Source of the DNA: an uncultured Planctomycetota bacterium
GTDB taxonomy: Bacteria > Planctomycetota > Planctomycetia > Isosphaerales > Isosphaeraceae
Length of the DNA: 64,000 bases
Direction of reading: 5' to 3'
Assembly: GCA_963845755.1 (NCBI GenBank)
Contig: CAWJTV010000033.1
Location: 192,001 to 256,000 of the forward strand
The notes beneath the pieces were generated by a model. It worked only from the letters and a program-made list of their open reading frames with translations, had not been told where the DNA came from and did no database searches. Shown here in pieces: positions 33,501-45,090 of this stretch; positions within the stretch are counted from its first letter, which is position 1; the number at the start of each line of letters is the position of its first letter. A program made the position numbers and the translations under genes.

Positions 33501-34524
33501 GCCAGGTTGAAGTCCAGCAGCATGGGCATGCCGTCGGAGGTGACCAGCACGTTCGACGGCTTGATGTCGCGGTGGAGTACGCCGCGATCGTGGGCATGCG
33601 CCAGGGCCTCGGCCAGCCGGGCTCCCCACCAGGCGATCGCCTGGTCATAAGTCCGCAGCGTCAGGGCCACTCGACCCGCCGACGGGCCGGCCGGTACGGC
33701 GTCGCCCGGCTCGAGTCGGTCGATCGCCTCGACCAGCGCCGTCCCCGAGCGGTCATCCCGTTCCCGGCAGTCCGAGAGGACCTGGGCCAGCGTGGTGCGA
33801 CCGAAGTAGGGCATGCACAGCAGATGGAGTCCCGTCGCCCGATCGATCCGGTGGGAGTGCACCGGAACGATATGGGTATGCTGGAGCCGGGCGAGGGTCT
33901 GCGGTTCGCGCGAACCGCGACGGGTGACCTTCAACGCGACGGGGCGGTCGGCCAGTTGCCGCTCCCGGGCCAGGAAGACGCGCGCGAACGCCCCGCGGCC
34001 CAGCTCCTCGACCAGATGAAACCCCGCGATCATCTGGCCGGCCTCGGGGAACGCCCCGGCGGTTCCCCCCATCGACGCCGCTTCGGAAAACAGCGCCGTG
34101 GCCGTCGAACCCGAGCCGACGAGTTGGTGGATCTCCAGCACGCGGCGCAGCGGGCCTGCGACCCGAGAGTACCGGGTCAAGAACTCGGCCGGGTCCGGGG
34201 CCTCCTCATCCTCCTCGCGCAAGCAGAATTCCTCGTACGCCAGCGCGACGATCGTATCTTCGCTCAGGTCGGCGTGGTGGTCGATGTACCATTGCGCCCC
34301 ACCTTCTCCCCGGACTCCCAGCGGAGCGAGAGGTCCGTGCGGAGCAAGGCCAGGCGCGCGCCAACGCCGTCGCCGCCGCCGGCCGACTCGAGAAACGCAT
34401 GGGGATCGGGCCGGTGTCGGAGGTGCTCGGAGTCGCGCCAGGCTTGCTCATACTCTCGGGCCAGACGAACCGCGGCAGGCGACGACGCCTCCTCCCACGT
34501 CCGCCGGCTGGCGGACACGCTCAT
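30600..34524 (-). CDS. Ser/Thr protein kinase with TM helix and TPR repeats (frameshifted)
   Basis: Fragments 34264..34524, 31247..34222 and 30600..31289. Motifs LGRGAFARV, VALK, HRDIKPSN, DFNLA, YMAPE, DIYSLG, then TPRs. The ATG overlaps the ECF stop (TGATG). Confidence 0.9.
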
Positions 34525-35129
34525 CACGAGGTCCCCCACTCCCTCTCCATTCGGCGTCTCAACTCCTCGAGGACACGCTGGACCGTCCGTTCGCTGATCC
34601 CCAGCCGATCGCCGATATCCTTGCTGGAGAGGCCCTCGGCCTTCATCTCCAGGATGGTCCTCCGCTCGGCGGGCATCAGCTCGCGGAGCCGGATCAGGAT
34701 CTCGTGCGCCTGGGCCACCTCGCTGGGCGAGTCGATCGAGTCGGGCACGTCCTTGGGGCGACGGCCGTCGCCCCAAAGGGGCTCTTCCCGATGCATGTCA
34801 TGCTTGCGACTGGCCGCGCGACGGTATTCGTCGATTACCTTATTCTTCGCAGCCCGCGCCAGAAATGCGACAAGATGCCGCGAGTCCTCGAATTCCGTCG
34901 GCGCCGTGCGCATCCGACGGAAGAAGCTCCCCCAAACGCTCTGGAGAAAGTCGAGCGAGTCGAACCGCGATCGCAGCAGCCGCGGCAATTGCCGACGCAC
35001 AACCAGGCGAACCTCCGCCTCGAACCGGCTGAGCAATTCGCGCGCGGCACTCTCGTCGCCGGACTGGATCCGCTTGAGGAAATCCGAGAGCTCGCTCTCC
35101 CCTCGTTGCGTGGATTCGCCGAGGGCCAT
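34524..35129 (-). CDS. ECF sigma factor, kinase-associated planctomycete type
   Basis: LRSRFDSLDFLQSVWGSFF...KNKVID...SPSEVAQAHE...GLSSKDIGDRLGISERTVQR. Confidence 0.9.
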   Translation of the reverse strand: MALGESTQRGESELSDFLKRIQSGDESAARELLSRFEAEVRLVVRRQLPRLLRSRFDSLDFLQSVWGSFFRRMRTAPTEFEDSRHLVAFLARAAKNKVIDEYRRAASRKHDMHREEPLWGDGRRPKDVPDSIDSPSEVAQAHEILIRLRELMPAERRTILEMKAEGLSSKDIGDRLGISERTVQRVLEELRRRMEREWGTS

Positions 35130-35613
35130 GCCATAGCCTCCTCTGCCCGGTCCAGGTTCGCCACTCGGCGTGGTGAGACCTCCGTGTCAGACGCCTCGGT
35201 TCGGACGCTTACTTTGATTCCGATCAGACTAACCCGAATCGCCCTCGGTTGACAAGTTCAGGTGGTCGTTCGTCCTGGGCTACGATCCTTCGATCGCGGA
35301 ATCGCTCTCTCGAACCTGGAATCGCAACCACCGACCGGTCCAGGCTTAGGCCCAAAACCGATCTGCTGACAGGATGCCACCACCGATCCCCTTGACAACA
35401 AACGGTTTGGGGTGTGTCTGAAACCCCTTTGACAATCGCTGGAGATAGATCGTTCTCTCCACCATCGAGTCGCACAGGTCTTTCAAGTCGTCTTCGGCAA
35501 CCTCCGCGTCGCTGTGGCGAGTTCTCTCAACATTGGCTCAATGTTCCAGGATCCAAATCAAGTGATGGCCTGCCCCCATTTGCACGTCCCACCCGATCGG
35601 GCTATCACCAATC

Positions 35614-37548
35614 CTAGCGGCGGCGCTGTTCGGCGAGCCACTCCTCGAGCGATTCACGCTGGTCCGCGTGCAGCTTGATCAGGGTGGCGAACTCGTTGTC
35701 AGCCGCCTTCATGTCCTTGTCGTGCAGGAGGCATTGCACCAGAAACATGCGCGCGAACCTGAGGAACGGATTGATACGGAGCGCCTTGCGCGCTTCGTGA
35801 CGCGCGCCGTTCCAGTCCTGACACTGCATGGAGAGGAAGGCGAGCCGCTCCCGGCAGGCCGCGGACCAGGGATTCAGCGCGACGGCACGCCGGGCGGGTT
35901 CCAGCGCGGCCTGGTAGCGTTTCAGGTCGATCGCATAAGAGGTGTAATCATCCAGCAACAGCTCGTACGAGGGGTTCAACTTGAGGAGAGAATCGGCGAG
36001 CTGCAAGGCTTTCCCGTATCGCCCGGTGAACGACAGGACCTGTGCCTTCATGCGCGAGGCTTCGAGATCTTCGGGATTGTCCGTGACGACTTTGTCCAGA
36101 GCGGAGACAAGGAGGGGTCCGATCGTCCGCGTTTGCGGCGTAACGGGCAGCCGCGTCCACTGGGCCACCACGGCAATCGCCAGCTCTCGATCCAGCGATT
36201 TGAGGTGCTTTGGATCGACATCGCCATTAAGACGGACCAGCGGAAACGGGGAGCCGCTCCGTCTTGCCGCGGTCAACCAGGCATTCGGCTCCCTGAGGAT
36301 CCGGTGATCTCTCACGGCGATGTGCACGGCATCCACCGTCTGCGACATGGGCATATGACAGCCAACGCAAGAGTCCTCCCGGTCTCTGGCGAGGCGTATC
36401 GTCTCGGGGAGCTTGCATCCGTGATCCTCGTGGCAGGCCAGACACCGCTCGCGGAAGTAGGCAACCTTTTCCTCGGGGTCTGGGATCTCGTGAGGGTCGT
36501 GGCACGACACGCAGCCGAGGCGGCCCTGGCTCGCGCGGAAGCACCGGCTGTCTTTCATCTGCTCGACCTGCCCCACCAGCTTTTGCCCCTCGTCGGTCGT
36601 GTAACCGTAGTTGACGAAGAACTCTGTCAGGGGCAGGCCCGGGCGATAGTCGAAGGCGTCTCGGCCCAGGCGGTTGACGCGCCGGTCGCCGACCAGGTGG
36701 CACTGCTCGCAGACGTTCCCGCGGAGGACAGGGTCGAGGTGCCTTGGGTTGACGATCGTCAGGTCCCGGCCGCCCGAAGCCTCCTGGTGCCGCGCGTGGA
36801 GCTCGCCGGGACCGTGACAGCGCTCGCAGCCGATCGCATAGCCCCGGAAGATCGGCTCCTCGTAACGGTTCGCGGAGAGGGCGACGGGCTCGACGCGGTT
36901 GGAATGACAAAACAGGCAATCGGGATCGATCGGCCGGTCGAAATGCGCGCTGATCTTCTCGTAGCCCGGCGAGAGGTCCCATCGCTGCTTCTGGGTGTAC
37001 CAGGTGATGGGCGACTCGAACAGTCGGCCGTCGCGCTCGACCAGGTACGTGATACTCCGCGCGCCCGACCCCACGGCGTACGCGACCTCGGCCTCGACTT
37101 GCGCCAGCACGTGACCTCCGTCGAGGACGGTTTCACGGTGAATCTCACGTCCATCGCGCCGTTCGATCGTGAACACAGAGGGAGCGACGCCGAACGACGT
37201 CGTCCCGGTCGGCCGAGCGGAACCGACCGCCGGTGCCGACGCGATCGGAGTGAGCGATCGTCCCATGGGATGGCGCCGGAACGTCTCGGCGATGTCGGGG
37301 TGGCAGTGGGTGCACGCCGCGTCGCCGACATATTTGACCCCGGGCCGGGCGTTCAACCAGGGGGACTGCGGCCAGGAGAGAGCCTGGCGCGCGAGGCTTG
37401 CTGGTCGTTTAGACGAGAAATGAACCGTAGGCCACAGGAATCCGCCGATGCCAAGCCCGACGACGAGCAAGAGACACGCTAGCGCGACGATGGAGGCGTG
37501 CGGATGGTGTTTGAGCCGTCGGGCTCTTACTGGCTGCTGCGCGTCCAA
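35614..37548 (-). CDS. multiheme c-type cytochrome with C-terminal TPRs
   Basis: N-terminal TM helix and seven CxxCH motifs (CTHCH, CLFCH, CERCH, CEQCH, CVSCH, CLACH, CVGCH), then TPR-like helices. Confidence 0.88.
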   Translation of the reverse strand: MDAQQPVRARRLKHHPHASIVALACLLLVVGLGIGGFLWPTVHFSSKRPASLARQALSWPQSPWLNARPGVKYVGDAACTHCHPDIAETFRRHPMGRSLTPIASAPAVGSARPTGTTSFGVAPSVFTIERRDGREIHRETVLDGGHVLAQVEAEVAYAVGSGARSITYLVERDGRLFESPITWYTQKQRWDLSPGYEKISAHFDRPIDPDCLFCHSNRVEPVALSANRYEEPIFRGYAIGCERCHGPGELHARHQEASGGRDLTIVNPRHLDPVLRGNVCEQCHLVGDRRVNRLGRDAFDYRPGLPLTEFFVNYGYTTDEGQKLVGQVEQMKDSRCFRASQGRLGCVSCHDPHEIPDPEEKVAYFRERCLACHEDHGCKLPETIRLARDREDSCVGCHMPMSQTVDAVHIAVRDHRILREPNAWLTAARRSGSPFPLVRLNGDVDPKHLKSLDRELAIAVVAQWTRLPVTPQTRTIGPLLVSALDKVVTDNPEDLEASRMKAQVLSFTGRYGKALQLADSLLKLNPSYELLLDDYTSYAIDLKRYQAALEPARRAVALNPWSAACRERLAFLSMQCQDWNGARHEARKALRINPFLRFARMFLVQCLLHDKDMKAADNEFATLIKLHADQRESLEEWLAEQRRR

Positions 37549-37734
37549 CGGCCCCTCCGAGCTCCATCACCGCCGCGCTTGGGGGCGGTTGCCGCCCACC
37601 GGCGTGATTCCGCGGCTCCGAAACGAGGTCTTCCAATCGATAAACCATCGTAATCGGAGTCAAGGGGTGCGGCAACGGGTCCAGGCGATCGTTCCCGACC
37701 CCGCCCCCCCCGCTTTCACCCACCAACCGACGAC

Positions 37735-38139
37735 TTAAGGTGACGTCTTTTCGTTGGCCCGTTCCGTCAAGATCGCTTCGAGTCGTTCTTCCTGGTCAGA
37801 ATCAAACTGATAGGCGGACCGGCCTCCGATCCTCAGTACCATTTCCGGGTGGGCGAACTCACAACGGTCTGCGATGAATCCAGTGACAAAGCCGCAATCG
37901 GGCTGTCGCTTCCAGGGGCGTCCGGCCAGTCGCTTCAGGTAGCGTGGCCAGAACGGCGGTTGAATGCCTGCCCAACCGGCGAGGGTGGGAGTACCACGAG
38001 TGTCGATGCCGGTATGAACATGGTATTCCGTCGTCCGATAGACCTCGACCGCTGGAATCCCCAGCCCGAGGCACACGGCGATGAAGAACACAATGATCAT
38101 GATGGAACGGATCGAAATTCGGCGTCGGAATGCCATCAT
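37735..38139 (-). CDS. small membrane-anchored protein with RISIRSIM leader
   Basis: MMAFRRRISIRSIMIIVFFIAVCLGL. Confidence 0.65.
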   Translation of the reverse strand: MMAFRRRISIRSIMIIVFFIAVCLGLGIPAVEVYRTTEYHVHTGIDTRGTPTLAGWAGIQPPFWPRYLKRLAGRPWKRQPDCGFVTGFIADRCEFAHPEMVLRIGGRSAYQFDSDQEERLEAILTERANEKTSP

Positions 38140-38302
38140 GACCTCGTCACTGACTGGGCAATCGTGGGCGGCCTACTCTGTAAACGTGTGATCCGAGCTC
38201 CATATTCGTCGTATCCAGCTTGATGCTTCACCCGACCCCGACCAGTCGGTATGCTGAAGCGGGCCTGGGAACCTGGCGCTGGAACCTACAAGGAGATTCC
38301 TC

Positions 38303-39938
38303 ATGTCGAGACCGCGTCGATCGGCTGCCGCATTGACTCTGGCTATCCTCTTCGGGTGGGGCTCGATCGCCCTGGCCTGCACGAGCATCGTGGTGAGTCG
38401 GGGAGCGTCCAAGGACGGCTCGGTGATGGTCACCTACTCGGCGGATGCCCCGTTCATGCCGAAGCTGCTCTACGTGCCCGGCGGGACGCATCAGGCAGGG
38501 GAACTGATCCAGGTCCGCGCCTGGGAGAACGATCGGCTTTGCGGACCGGTGAAGCAGGTGGCGAAGACGTATTCGGTCGTGGGTCTGATGAACGAACATC
38601 AGCTTTCCCTCGGCGAGACGACGACGGGGGGACGCCGTGAGCTGCGCGATCCCAAGGGGATGCTCGACTACGATGCCCTGATGCTCTTGACCCTCCAGCG
38701 TGCCAGGACCGCGCGCGAGGCGATCAAGATCGTCGACGAGCTCGCGCGCGAGTATGGCTATCAATCGTCCGGCGAGACCTTCTCGATCGCCGACCCGAAG
38801 GAAGCCTGGATCATGGAGCTGATCGGCAAGGGACCCGATCAGAAGGGGATCGTCTGGGTCGCGGCCCGGGTCCCCGACGGGATGATCACCGCACACGCCA
38901 ATCTGAGCCGGATCACCACGTTTCCGCTCGACGATCCCGAGAACTGGCTCTATTCGCCCGACGTGATCTCATACGCGATCGAGAAGAGATTCTATGCCAC
39001 GGATTCCTCGAAGCCATTCAGCTATCGCGATGCCTATCATCCCGGCATCGGCCCGTCGCAGCAGCGGGCCTGCGCGGGACGCGTCTGGAGCATCTACCGC
39101 CGTTCCGCGGCATCCCAGGGGTTCTCCGACGCCTTCTTCCGGGGGAAAGATGGGGCCGAGGACTACCCGCTCTTCATCAAGCCCGATGCGCCTTTGAGTG
39201 TCGCCGACGTGATGGCCCTGATGCGTGACCACTACGAAGGCACGCCCTACGACATGACCAAGGGGCTCGACGCCGGCCCGTTCGGCACCCCGGTCCGCTA
39301 CCGGGAGCTTCCCTTCAAGGTGGATGGCGAGTCCTATATGTGGGAGCGGCCGATCTCCACCCAGCAGGCGGGCTTCGTCGTCGTGAGCCAGAGCCGCAAG
39401 GGGATGCCGGACGGCGTGGGTGGCGTGACCTGGTTCACGCCCGACGACGCGTTGACCTCGTGTTTCACCCCGTTCTACTGCGGGATCACGGCCCTGCCGG
39501 CCCCGTACGTCAAGGGGGACTACAAGAAGTTCGAGTGGGATTCGGCGTGGTGGGTGTCGAACCTGGTCTCGAACCTCTGTTACGACCGCTGGTCGAGGGT
39601 CGCCCCCGACGTGCAGGCCGCCCAGTCCCAGCGCGAGGCCGACCTGCTCAAGATGCAGCCGGTGATCGAGGAAGCCGCCGCGAAGCTGGGGGCGACCGAT
39701 CCGGCCTTGATGCGCGAGTTCCTGACCAATTATTCGGTGTTCGACCGGCGAGGCGGTCTTCCGCAACTGGCAGGGCTTGGCCGAGTCCATCCTGACCAAA
39801 CATGTCGATGGCTATGTAAAGAGCGCCCAGGGCCGACCGAGGGGAGTTGGCTACTCTCCCGAATGGCTCAAGCGCGTCGTCGCCGATCAGCCCGATCAGT
39901 TCAAGGTCCAGATGAAGTCCAGCGAGACTGATCATTGA
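38303..39938 (+). CDS. peptidase C69 family dipeptidase (frameshift near 39740)
   Basis: Signal peptide followed by the Ntn nucleophile CTS. Motifs MNEHQLSLGETT, GYQSSGETFSIADPKEAW, RDHYEGT and ERPIS. The shifted frame ends at 39938. Confidence 0.9.
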
Positions 39939-39947
39939 GGAAGACCT

Positions 39948-40060
39948 AACGCGGCTTTCGGCTGCAACCCAGGAAGGATTCGAGATTCGAGATTCCCGAT
40001 CCCGAAATCGTTCCTTTGGGGATCTCGAATCGGGGATCTCGAATCGGGGATCCAGGATCC
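39948..40060. repeat. heptamer-based hairpin repeat with CGGCTTTCGGCTGCAACCCA end
   Basis: gattcgagattcgagattcccgat... pairs with ...gatctcgaatcggggatctcgaatc. Related copies at 43729 and 46228. Confidence 0.75.
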
Positions 40061-40319
40061 CCCAGGTGGCGCACGCCGCAGAGATTTGACGGAGGAAGAC
40101 TCCAAAAGGCTGTTTCATCAATCTCTGGCCCAGCCCCCGAATGGAGGCGGCAGGACTTAGCCAGGAGCGTCAGCCCCTGGACCAGATGCTGATCAAAGCG
40201 GCCCCGAGCCCCCCGACGGGGAGAAGGTGCCCCCAGGGCGGAGTAGGGGGATCCTGCATACGAACCGGACGAGTGCGCAGCCCAGGCGTTCTCCTCGATA
40301 GGATACTTCCCCACTCGGG

Positions 40320-40868
40320 CTATGGCGTCGGACGGAGCTTGACCAGCGCCCAGCCCGTGTCGCTCGATCGGAATTCGTATACGCCCGCCGAGATTGCATA
40401 CCGCTGAACACCGAAGTCACCGCTGCGGTCAAAGAGGATCCTCGACGACGGTCCCACAACCAGTCTCTGGACGCTACCGTTTTCGGTCTTGTAGGTAATG
40501 CCATCGACCACGTAGTTGACGGCGACGCCCGTCTGCTCGGGGTTGCGGATTACCACAGAGACCTCAGCCCGCGTCGTCGTGCTGGGTGTCGATCCTGATG
40601 CCGCATTGGACGATGCCCCGCCGCCAGGCGCCGGGTTGAGGACGGGTGCCGGCTGTGGGAACTTGTAGAACTGTGTCGGATTGGACGGATAATAGCCGTC
40701 GCCCGGATACTGCGGATGGGGGACAAGGGCAGCACTCAGGCTGATCGGCTGGGGCAGGGGACGCCGGCCGAGCTCTGGCGGCAGGATCAGGTTGCCGACC
40801 TGCCAGGGCGCAATCGACTCCGCCGGCGCGGTGGCCACGTCGGTGGCCGGTAGGATTGGCCTGTTCAT
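40320..40868 (-). CDS. hypothetical protein, Pro-rich N-terminus and small beta-rich C-terminal domain
   Basis: GAGG SD before MNRPILP. C-terminus VVIRNP...VNY.VDG...ILFDR.G..G..RY.IS.G.YEF...GWAL. Confidence 0.55.
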   Translation of the reverse strand: MNRPILPATDVATAPAESIAPWQVGNLILPPELGRRPLPQPISLSAALVPHPQYPGDGYYPSNPTQFYKFPQPAPVLNPAPGGGASSNAASGSTPSTTTRAEVSVVIRNPEQTGVAVNYVVDGITYKTENGSVQRLVVGPSSRILFDRSGDFGVQRYAISAGVYEFRSSDTGWALVKLRPTP

Positions 40869-41167
40869 GCACACCTCGCGGTTGGTTGCACCCGGTCCGT
40901 CAACGACCCGAGACGGATCACGACCCAATGCTATCAAACAGGCGAAGCGGCTCGCGTTCCAGGACCCAGTCGGGAGATTCGAGGAGGAGAATGGGAGAGC
41001 CCGGGTCAAACCGGGTTCCGCGGTCGGTGGCAACCGGCGCAATCGCGGTTTCCGGCTTCCGCGACCTCGGGTAGAATCCTCGCGCAGGAGGGAACCACCA
41101 TGCAGACCATGGGGCTTGTTGCTCGGGCGAACGAGCAAGGCCGGCGACCCCGGACGGGAGGCCAGCC

Positions 41168-42551
41168 ATGAGCGGCCTACGCAAGCCGCAACCGCCCCGA
41201 CGCCTCTTTCGCAACCGCGACCGCGCCGGCGTGGTCGCTCCGCGCGCGGATCGCGCCGCGACTCCCGATGTCGCCGATCTCCTGACCGACGGCAAGACGC
41301 ACCTCCAGGCCGGTCGCCCGGCCGAGGCCGAAGCCTGCTTCCGCCGGGTCGTCGCGATCGCGCGGGAGAGGACCCCGGATCGTGCCGCGGCGCATGCCTG
41401 GCTCGGCCGGCTGGCGGCCGACCGGGGCGACCTGGACGAGTCGCTCGATTGCTACCAGCTCGCTTGTCAGCATCAGCCCGATGAGCCCGGGATCCGCGGC
41501 GATCGCGGCTTCATCCTGAACCGCCTCGGTCGATTCGAGGAGGCTGCGTCGGAGCTTCGTGAGACCATCAGGCTCGATCCCGGGTTGCCGACCCCCCATT
41601 TCAACCTGGGGATCTCGCTGCTGGCGCAGGGAGACTTCGAGCGAGGCTGGGCCGAATACGAATGGCGGCTCCGGATCGATTTCCCATGGATTCACTTGCG
41701 CACGACCGAGTGGCCGCGGTGGGAGGGCGAACCGCTGGCAGGCCGGACGATCCTGTTACATACGGAACAGGGAATCGGCGACGCGATCCAGTTCATCCGC
41801 TTCGCGCCGACTCGTGAAGGCCCGAGCGGGTCGAGTGCTCCTGGCCTTCCCGCCGGAGATGACGCCGCTGGCCGGGTTGCTCCACTGGGCGGTTCGCTGC
41901 GCGCCCGCGAACGGAGGCGAATTGCCGGAACCGCCCGCCGAAGGGAATGCGCGATGGGACGCGCACGCTTCGCTGATGAGTCTGCCGTTCATCCTCGGCA
42001 CGACCCAGGCCACGATCCCGCCAGCCCCGTACATCCTTCCCGAGCCCGATCACCTCGAGCGATGGCGACCGGCCATGGATTCCATCAAGGGGTTCAAGGT
42101 GGGAATTGCCTGGCGTGGAGGCACCGTCCATCCGGAAGACCGCTTTCGTTCATTCCGCCTGGCCGAATTCGCACCATTAGCCGACATCTCCGGCGTGCGG
42201 CTGATCAGCCTCCAGAAGGGTGAGGCCGTGCAAGAGCTGGCCGGCTCGGCTTTCCCGGTCGTTGACCTTGGCCAACGCTATCAGGCCGGCGACTGGCTCG
42301 ACACGCTGGGAATCGTGAGTCAGCTTGACCTGGTCGTCGCGTGCGACACCGCCATTGCTCATCTGGCCGGCGCGCTCGGCAAGCCGGTCTGGATCGCGCT
42401 GCCGCATGCGACCGACTGGCGGTGGATGGTGAATCGGGACGATAGCCCGTGGTATCCGACCCTGAGATTGTTCCGCCAGGGCAAGCCCGGCGAGTGGGCG
42501 GGCGTGTTCGAGCGCATGGCGGAGTCGCTACGGGGCGTGATCCGACCCTGA
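41168..42551 (+). CDS. TPR-repeat glycosyltransferase (GT9-like C-terminus; frameshift near 41810)
   Basis: TPRs, then GWAEYEWR, EQGIGDAIQFIRF, LMSLP, VGIAW, SLQK, LDLVVACDTAIAHLAGALG, WRW and SPWYP. Confidence 0.88.
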
Positions 42552-42721
42552 AGATGTCATCCAGGGGACCAATTCATGAGACGAAGCGGAATGGTGTCCT
42601 GAGCTGCGCGGCTCGGATCGCGCTCGCCCCCGCGTCAAAGCCCGGGACTGATCATGCCGGCAAGAAAGTCGGTCGGGCTGGAACGCCCGACCTACTTCGC
42701 GTGCCCGAACCGGGCTCGTGG

Positions 42722-43429
42722 TCAGGTCGAAGGTCCCGTCCGTCGGCGCCCGAGTCGCGGACGGGCCTTCCGTACCAGGAGTCCCATTGCCGACATCCCG
42801 ATCAAGGCCAGGACGCCGCTCGTGGGCTCGGGGACCGAGGCGACCGTTGTGACGGAGGCATTATCGGCGTAGAATTCCCCAGTAGTTAACAGGTTCTCTG
42901 AATAGATGGCAACCAGATCGGCATTACTTCCTGCGGGTGCCGTGAACGAAATCGTCTCCCACTGGTCGGTGGTCGTGCTGAGAGTTCCCCCAATAAAGGT
43001 ACCTCCGCCATTGCCGAAAAGGGCCACGATCACGGGCCCGCTCAACACGTCAACGTTGACCGACGCCGTGACCGCCCCGGACTGTTGTGCGAAACTTTGT
43101 TGCAGCCCGTTGAAAAAGGGAGGACCCCCGTTGGCGCCCACGGAGGTCACGTGGATCATGAATTCGCTGCCGAGGGGATCCGTCGTCGGCAAGAGCTCCG
43201 AGCTGGTCGTGGCGGTAAAATTATTGAAGAGGTTCCAGAATTCGGCGGATGACGGCGCAGCAACTCCCGAGGCTGTGATCGATGTGGGATAGTTGGGGGG
43301 CGTCAGTCCGGGTGTGGGTGTGTCGAATCCCCCATTCAGCAGCAGGTTCCCGCCCCGGGCGGAAGACGGTACGCAACAGGCTGCCATTGTCGCCAGGAAA
43401 AGAACGTTTCGGCGTAATGAAAGCAACAT
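42722..43429 (-). CDS. PEP-CTERM sorting domain protein
   Basis: Signal peptide, NLLLNGGF carbohydrate-binding-like start, and VPEPTS + TM helix + basic tail. Confidence 0.88.
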   Translation of the reverse strand: MLLSLRRNVLFLATMAACCVPSSARGGNLLLNGGFDTPTPGLTPPNYPTSITASGVAAPSSAEFWNLFNNFTATTSSELLPTTDPLGSEFMIHVTSVGANGGPPFFNGLQQSFAQQSGAVTASVNVDVLSGPVIVALFGNGGGTFIGGTLSTTTDQWETISFTAPAGSNADLVAIYSENLLTTGEFYADNASVTTVASVPEPTSGVLALIGMSAMGLLVRKARPRLGRRRTGPST

Positions 43430-43577
43430 AGATGATCCTCGCGGGTTTAAATGTCCGTCGGGATTCATATGACATGGCGGATCCAACGACACCTGATCTC
43501 CTTGCCGAGGTCAAAAAGCCAACGAACCGAGGCCGTGTCAGCGCGCTTCACGGTTGGTTTGCATGCAGGCGAGTAGC

Positions 43578-43647
43578 CCGTAGGGTGCTCTGTGAGCACC
43601 GATCCGTGTCGCCGGGCCTTACGCGGTGCTCACAGAGCACCCTACGG
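43578..43647. repeat. GTAG-type REP doublet
   Basis: Perfect 24-bp inverted repeat ccgtagggtgctctgtgagcaccg / cggtgctcacagagcaccctacgg. Each arm is itself a hairpin preceded by GTAG. Confidence 0.85.
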
Positions 43648-43728
43648 AACCGGCCAGGTGCTGCTGCGCGTGCCCAATCCATTCGTTAGCGTCTTCCTCC
43701 GTAGGATCCCTGCGCCGCGCACCTCTGG

Positions 43729-43812
43729 GGAATTCAAGATTCGAGATTCCCGATCGAACGATTTCTGGATCTCGAATCGGGAATCCCTCTTGGGTTGCGG
43801 CCGAAGGCCGGG
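43729..43812. repeat. heptamer-based hairpin repeat (copy 2)
   Basis: gattcgagattcccgat...gatctcgaatcgggaatccctcttgggttgcggccgaaggccg. Confidence 0.75.
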
Positions 43813-44245
43813 TGAGGCGCTCTAGGATTGGTCTACGTGAGCGTGAGGGTTGCTGGCATGAACGATGTCTTGCCATTCGCCCACGCTTACTAAAGTTGCT
43901 TCGGTGACCCGCGACCTGACATTGTCGCTGTTGTCGTGATTGAAGAGTTACCGCATCATCCGGCAGAGAAGCGTTTTCACCCGACCACTTCGGCAGGCCG
44001 ACCCCCTCCCTCCCCTAGGCACAATCCTTGCGCGAGCAGTGCAGAGCAGGACCGTCGCAAGACCAATCGCATTCATCCTGATCCAAGCGAATAGCAAGAA
44101 TACATCCAGGACGACAGAATTGGTAGCCTATTGTCGCATTTCTGAATGCCGAAGGCAACCTTTGAGGTCATTCTGTTGCGTTTTCGCAACATGAGGCCAT
44201 CTTGGTGCGACTATAAAAATAATTATAAATATGATAAATCAGATT

Positions 44246-44785
44246 TCAAGGTGATCTGACGACGGTTCGCGTCTCCAGCTCGTCGCGCGTGCGATGCAAT
44301 CGCCTGGCCAGGAGTCCGCCGAGCAGGGCGGCGATCGGAGTCAGCAGCGCGTGGCAGATGACCCGGTATGGCTCGGGGATTGCCCAGTTGAACGGGATCG
44401 CATTCCGAAGCGGCTCTGACCAATACTGCCAGATGCCGTCCGTGGTTGCCCCGACCCCGCCCCTGCCACTCACGTCACCGATCGTGGGATAGACGAGATC
44501 CATCAGGGCGGATGTGACGATCAGGGGAGTCATGCCCGAGCCGCTCCAGGGGTACGAGCTCAACCCCAGGTAGAGCCACCCGCAGAAGGCGAAGCCCGTC
44601 CAGAAGGCCCGCCGCGCGCCCAGCCGATAGACGGCGGTCAGCGTGGCCGCGGCCATCGAAGTGGTTACCAGGCTGAAGAGGGTGCTGGCCCAGATCCAGG
44701 AGGGCGAGCGCATCGCGGCGAAGCCGACCCCGAAGTAGACGATGATCAGGAGCAGGCGGGCGATGGTGATCCGAAACCGACCCAT
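44246..44785 (-). CDS. planctomycete multi-pass membrane protein with RFRITIARL leader
   Basis: Four hydrophobic segments and RAFWTGFAFCGWLYL. Paralog of 15725..16337. Confidence 0.75.
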   Translation of the reverse strand: MGRFRITIARLLLIIVYFGVGFAAMRSPSWIWASTLFSLVTTSMAAATLTAVYRLGARRAFWTGFAFCGWLYLGLSSYPWSGSGMTPLIVTSALMDLVYPTIGDVSGRGGVGATTDGIWQYWSEPLRNAIPFNWAIPEPYRVICHALLTPIAALLGGLLARRLHRTRDELETRTVVRSP

Positions 44786-45090
44786 CGGGACCTCCGATCA
44801 TGAGGCGTCGGACCCGCTCGTCCGATTGTCGGCGAGGCGGGGCGCGATGATCGCTTCGCCAGGAGAGCGGAAGGGAACGAAGGGGTCATTCACCTCGTAA
44901 CTATACGCATCTCGCGTGAACCGCTCCAGGTCGAGGAAAGCCCTCTCGGCGAAATAGTCCCGCCCATCCGCCGAACTCCTTGACAGGCGGTGTGGTTGCA
45001 GCCAGGATCAGGCCGGGGCGACCGCACCAGGCGGACGCGTATCGGCGGAGACGTTCTCCGCACCGCGGTTGGACTTGGCATCAGGGGTCG

